In this document: positions 30,961 through 34,932 of the stretch, piece by piece
How positions within the stretch are numbered: the stretch's first letter is position 1
Layout: every line of letters begins with the position of its first letter
Origin: Proteromonas lacertae
Lineage: Eukaryota
Assembly (NCBI GenBank): GCA_002245135.1
Contig: NGBS01000356.1
Location: forward strand, 1-34,932
DNA: 34,932 bases
Reading direction: 5' to 3'
Notes under the pieces: generated by a model
Told to the model about the DNA's origin: nothing
Seen by the model: the letters and a program-made list of their open reading frames with translations, nothing else
Databases searched by the model: none
Made by a program: the position numbers and the translations under genes

Positions 30961-33339
30961 ATGAGCAAACATAAAAAGCTTTTAAAAGCATTTTTTAAGC
31001 TTCTAGAACAAACTTTTAATAAAAATAAACATCATAAGCATAAGCATCACCATCATCATAAACATAAACATACAGATGAACCACCACCACCAGAAGAAGC
31101 TCCAAAACGAAGATTAGCGCCATTATTTAGCACAGATGCTATTCAAAATAAAAAAAGATACAATAATGATATACCAATAATCAGTGATACATTCTTTGGT
31201 GGATTAATGCCTTCTTCCCTACCAAAACCTAACCAAAATCAAAGATTTAATGATAGAATACGTGATGCTAGAGAAGTTGATAAATCATCTCAAGGTGTTA
31301 CCAGGAAATGGGTTTTCAATTATAACAATAGAAATTACAGTACTCCACAACAATGTTATCATGATTTTGTTAATAATAGTGATATCAAAGATATATTACA
31401 TGAACTAGCTGATACTATGAATATGATAAAATTTTTCTTTATTGTACGTTCAATTTATATACCTGATGAGTCTACTGACAGTGATGATGAAGTTTCTATA
31501 TTTAGTCGTAGTAGACTATGTGAAATAACAAAAATGTCTACTGTAGGTGAAATACAAACTATACTGGAGAATATATTTACAAAAATATCAGAAGATGATT
31601 CAAATCATCCTCAAAGTGGTCTTACTTTTGCTAGAGTAAATACTATAGAATTATATGTAACAAAATTTAAAGTGATACGTGGAAGCAGTTTTATTGTTTT
31701 ACCTGCTAAACTTCAAGGTCTTAGATGTTTAACAAATGTAATAAATGAAGATAATGAATGTTTTAAGTACTTGATTTATTCTTACATGTATCTGATGTGG
31801 AACTTAAATTATTTTGTGAACCTGAATACTATGATTTTATATTGAATGGTTTATACGGAGGATTATCATATATTGGTAAGCGTAAGGAAGATGCTAATAA
31901 CAAATTTATGAAAAATTATGATGAAACTTTACCTAGTAAATTCTTATTATATCAAGACTACAATTCTTTATACCCTTCAGTTATGGCTTCTTGTAAAATG
32001 CCTTTAGATGACTTTGAATTTATTGATCCAAATTCTATTACATTAGAAAGTATACTTGATTTGCCATATTATGAAGAAATGGATCAAGATAGATTAGGAG
32101 AATAATGATTTTGGTTATATATTAGAAGTTGATATCGAATTACCTATAGAACTACAAGACAAGTTTAAAGAATACCCATTACTACCTGAAAGGAAGAAAA
32201 TACCTAAAGAATGGTTATCTGATATACAAACTGAAAGAGCTGAAAATCTTGGTATTATACATAAAGAAAGAGGTACTTACCATGCTACTGAGAAATTAAT
32301 AACTGATTTGTATCCTAAAGAAAAATATATAATACACTACCAAAATTTGAAGTTTGCAGTTGAACATGGCTATAAAGTGGGTAAAGTGTATAGAATAATG
32401 AGATTTACTGAAGGTCTATATATGGGTAAATATATTAATACTATGGTACAAAAAAGAGTCCAAGCTAAAGAAAACAATCAAAATACTACTGCAGACTATA
32501 TAAAGAAATTAATGAATAGTTTATACGGTAAATTTATGGAACGTGTTGAAAAGAGAAGTAACATATCTTTAATTACTAATGAAGACCAAATGATTAATGC
32601 TGCAAGTGATCCATGGTTTAAAGACTTTATCATTATTGAAGGTGATTTAAGAATTGCACATTTTCATAAGAAGCTATATGAAATTAATAAACCTATACAA
32701 ATTGGAATGGTTATCTTAGCACTGTCTAAACTCAAAATGCAAAAGTATTGGTATGATGTATTAGATAAAAAATATGGTTCTGATAAGCTAACACTATGTA
32801 TGACTGATACTGATAGTTTACTTTTCTCAGTTGAAACTAATGATATTTTTGAAGACTTAGAGGATCCTATCTTTAATAATTGGATTGATGGAAGTAACTT
32901 GAAAAATCCCTATTTAGAAAATTATAAGTTAGATATACATAGAGCTGTTCATTCAGGTACATTGAATCGATTAAAATTTGAAGAGCAGGATAAGAATAAT
33001 AAAAATCTGTATGTTATAACAAAGTTTATAGGATTAAAATCAAAGTGCTATATATACGAAAAGGAGAAAGTGAATGATGAATCTGATAATAATACTAATA
33101 CTGACAATCGTTGTAAAGGTATTAATGTGAAAGTTTCTAGAAAAATAACTTATGATATATACAATGATTTTGTTGAAGGTGCTAGTAAAAGTCAAAAATA
33201 TGAAGTATGTCAAATCAAATCAATACATCATAATGTTTATACGACAGTACAAAACAAAACTGGCTTAACCTATTATGATGATAAAAGATATTTTTTTGAT
33301 AAATACAATACATTGCCATATGGATATAAAAATAATTAA
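30961..33339 (+). pseudogene. polB: Protein-primed DNA polymerase B, copy C (internal deletion of the exonuclease region at ~31770; frameshift at ~32098)
   Basis: GSSFIVLP..NVINEDNECFKY, then DLFLHVSDVELKL..GLYGGLS, YQDYNSLYPSVM, GYILEVDIE, KKLMNSLYGK, MTDTDS and GLKSKCY. Confidence 0.9.
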
Positions 33340-33368
33340 TACTTATATTATATAATTGTTTTTTTTCT

Positions 33369-34010
33369 TTAAAAAGCTGCCACCTCTTCATATTGAGGTA
33401 CAAATTGAGGTACATTTGCAGTTACTATAAATTTTGAGCCATATTGTGGTGTTTGTTGACTATATTTTCTTGCTTTTTGTGGTATAACATGAAAAGTGTT
33501 ATCGTATGGATTAATATATTCATCACTAAACTTTTCAGTTTTTATAGAATCTGCCATTCTATTTAATCTTGTTTTCACTGAATTTATAATATTTTCTCTC
33601 ACATTTTCTCTTCTTCTCATTCTATTAGTAGTTCTATTCATATCTAAATCTTTATTTACTGTACTACGTTCTATATTTTTTATTATTGCCTTACGTCTCT
33701 CTATAAACTTCCTCACTTGATTATAAGTTAAGGTATTTGCATCAAAATTTGGATGTTCTTCTGGTCTATTACTGTGTTCATCATTATATTTTTTCAGATT
33801 ATCAAAGTACTTGTTTATTCTATTCAATTTGTCGCTAATAGTTTCTTTATTTGGAGCAACCTTAATTTCATCTGATTGTGTTTCCTCCACGTTTGGTATA
33901 ATACTATTAGTTTGTTGTTGTTGCTGTATTAATTCAGGATTGACTATATCTGTATTAACAGGAGCTGGTACAACTAAATCTAAAGTTGGTTCATTATATA
34001 CTAAAATCAT
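33369..34010 (-). CDS. Hypothetical protein
   Basis: 213-aa ATG ORF; its start overlaps the upstream stop (ATGA). Confidence 0.65.
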   Translation of the reverse strand: MILVYNEPTLDLVVPAPVNTDIVNPELIQQQQQTNSIIPNVEETQSDEIKVAPNKETISDKLNRINKYFDNLKKYNDEHSNRPEEHPNFDANTLTYNQVRKFIERRKAIIKNIERSTVNKDLDMNRTTNRMRRRENVRENIINSVKTRLNRMADSIKTEKFSDEYINPYDNTFHVIPQKARKYSQQTPQYGSKFIVTANVPQFVPQYEEVAAF

Positions 34011-34932
34011 TTGTTATAGGATATTGCCACTACTCCTAAATCATCATAAGATGGTTTATTTGCATTATTCATTACACTTGCTAATTGAGCAGCATATACT
34101 GATTTTTCTTCTTCCATTCGTTTTAATATTTGTTGCATATTATTTTGATATGTTAAATCATTTCCTTTAAGAGCTTTGATTGCTTCATTCTTTATAAATT
34201 CTATTTCATTTTGTTGATTTTGTATAGTATTTCGTCCAGCTTCTAAAGTATTATTTAATTGTGCTTGCAATGTTTTATTTTGCTCTACACTTGTATTATA
34301 TAGCTGTTGTTGTTCTTGTAATTGCTGCATATATTTATTCATTTCTACTTGAAGCTTCATTTGCATCTCCTCCAATTGTGCATTATCTTTTGCTTTAGTA
34401 TTTTGTAATTCCTCTGATATAGCATCATAACTTTGTTTAAGACTAGCTAAATTCTTTTCAGCTTGTTCATGATTCATTTTTAGTGTCAATACTTCATTTT
34501 CTCTTAAAGCTAATTTTTCATTCACTGTATTAATTGAATTAAATGTTGTTCTTTTTTCTGTATTTATTTCATCAATTCTATTCCTTAATATTGCTAAATT
34601 TTGTTCCACTTCTTGTTTACTGAATGGATAATCTTCTTTATATGTAGTATAATCAGTTTCAATTTTTGATTTTATTTCTTTTAATGCATTTAATTCTTTA
34701 TCTTTATCATTTAAACTTTGCACATATTGAGTTTTGAGACTTTCAGCATTGCTTAAAGCAATATTTAATTGTTTAGTATTTTCTTTATTTGCATTTTTTA
34801 ACTCCTCATTCTGATGTTTTAATTCTTTAATTTGTTTTTCATATAATTCTTTGAGCTCATACAAATCTGTATTATTCTTATTCTCTTTTTGTGAAAGTGT
34901 TACTTTTAATTTTTCATATAAATCTTCTTTTA
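34007..34932 (-). CDS. Long coiled-coil protein, 5' truncated by the window end
   Basis: Heptad-like Q/E/K/N-rich sequence; frame stays open to the window edge. Confidence 0.75.
   Translation of the reverse strand, partial: KEDLYEKLKVTLSQKENKNNTDLYELKELYEKQIKELKHQNEELKNANKENTKQLNIALSNAESLKTQYVQSLNDKDKELNALKEIKSKIETDYTTYKEDYPFSKQEVEQNLAILRNRIDEINTEKRTTFNSINTVNEKLALRENEVLTLKMNHEQAEKNLASLKQSYDAISEELQNTKAKDNAQLEEMQMKLQVEMNKYMQQLQEQQQLYNTSVEQNKTLQAQLNNTLEAGRNTIQNQQNEIEFIKNEAIKALKGNDLTYQNNMQQILKRMEEEKSVYAAQLASVMNNANKPSYDDLGVVAISYNK

Larger units (their letters stand above)
1..34932. mobile_element. Polinton/Maverick-like endogenous viral region (possibly several tandem or nested elements; ends not seen)
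   Basis: pPolB, rve integrase and an adenain-clan protease occur together, the hallmark combination of Polintons/adintoviruses. Genes are densely packed. No TIRs or capsid genes recognised. Confidence 0.8.

Overview
This is a very AT-rich eukaryotic window that looks like an endogenous Polinton/Maverick-like (adintovirus-like) virus region. It has three divergent pairs of protein-primed family-B DNA polymerase (pPolB) plus retroviral-type (rve) integrase: A at 1-6467 (+/+), B at 16898-23205 (-/-) and C at 28814-33339 (-/+). All three polymerases are interrupted, while all three integrases are intact and have a D-D-D triad. Between A and B is a minus-strand virion-maturation module. It contains a ~1,430-aa membrane polyprotein ending in an adenain/Ulp1-clan cysteine protease, and two small paralogous Arg-rich proteins whose amphipathic cores resemble the membrane-lytic helix of adenovirus pVI, all dotted with Gly-Gly or Gly-x-Gly candidate cleavage sites. 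Several ORF-track fragments join into single genes through tiny 28-34 nt GTAT...TAG spliceosomal introns, which points to nuclear transcription in a tiny-intron, standard-code protist host. Non-coding features include two long hairpins with TCGA at the apex flanking unit B, a ~115-nt G-U-rich structured RNA candidate, six Myb-consensus sites in 64 bp, and paired TTGAT-W-ATCAA dyads. I recognised no double-jelly-roll capsid, penton, packaging ATPase, terminal inverted repeat or target-site duplication. All calls come from reading motifs by eye; no database search was run.
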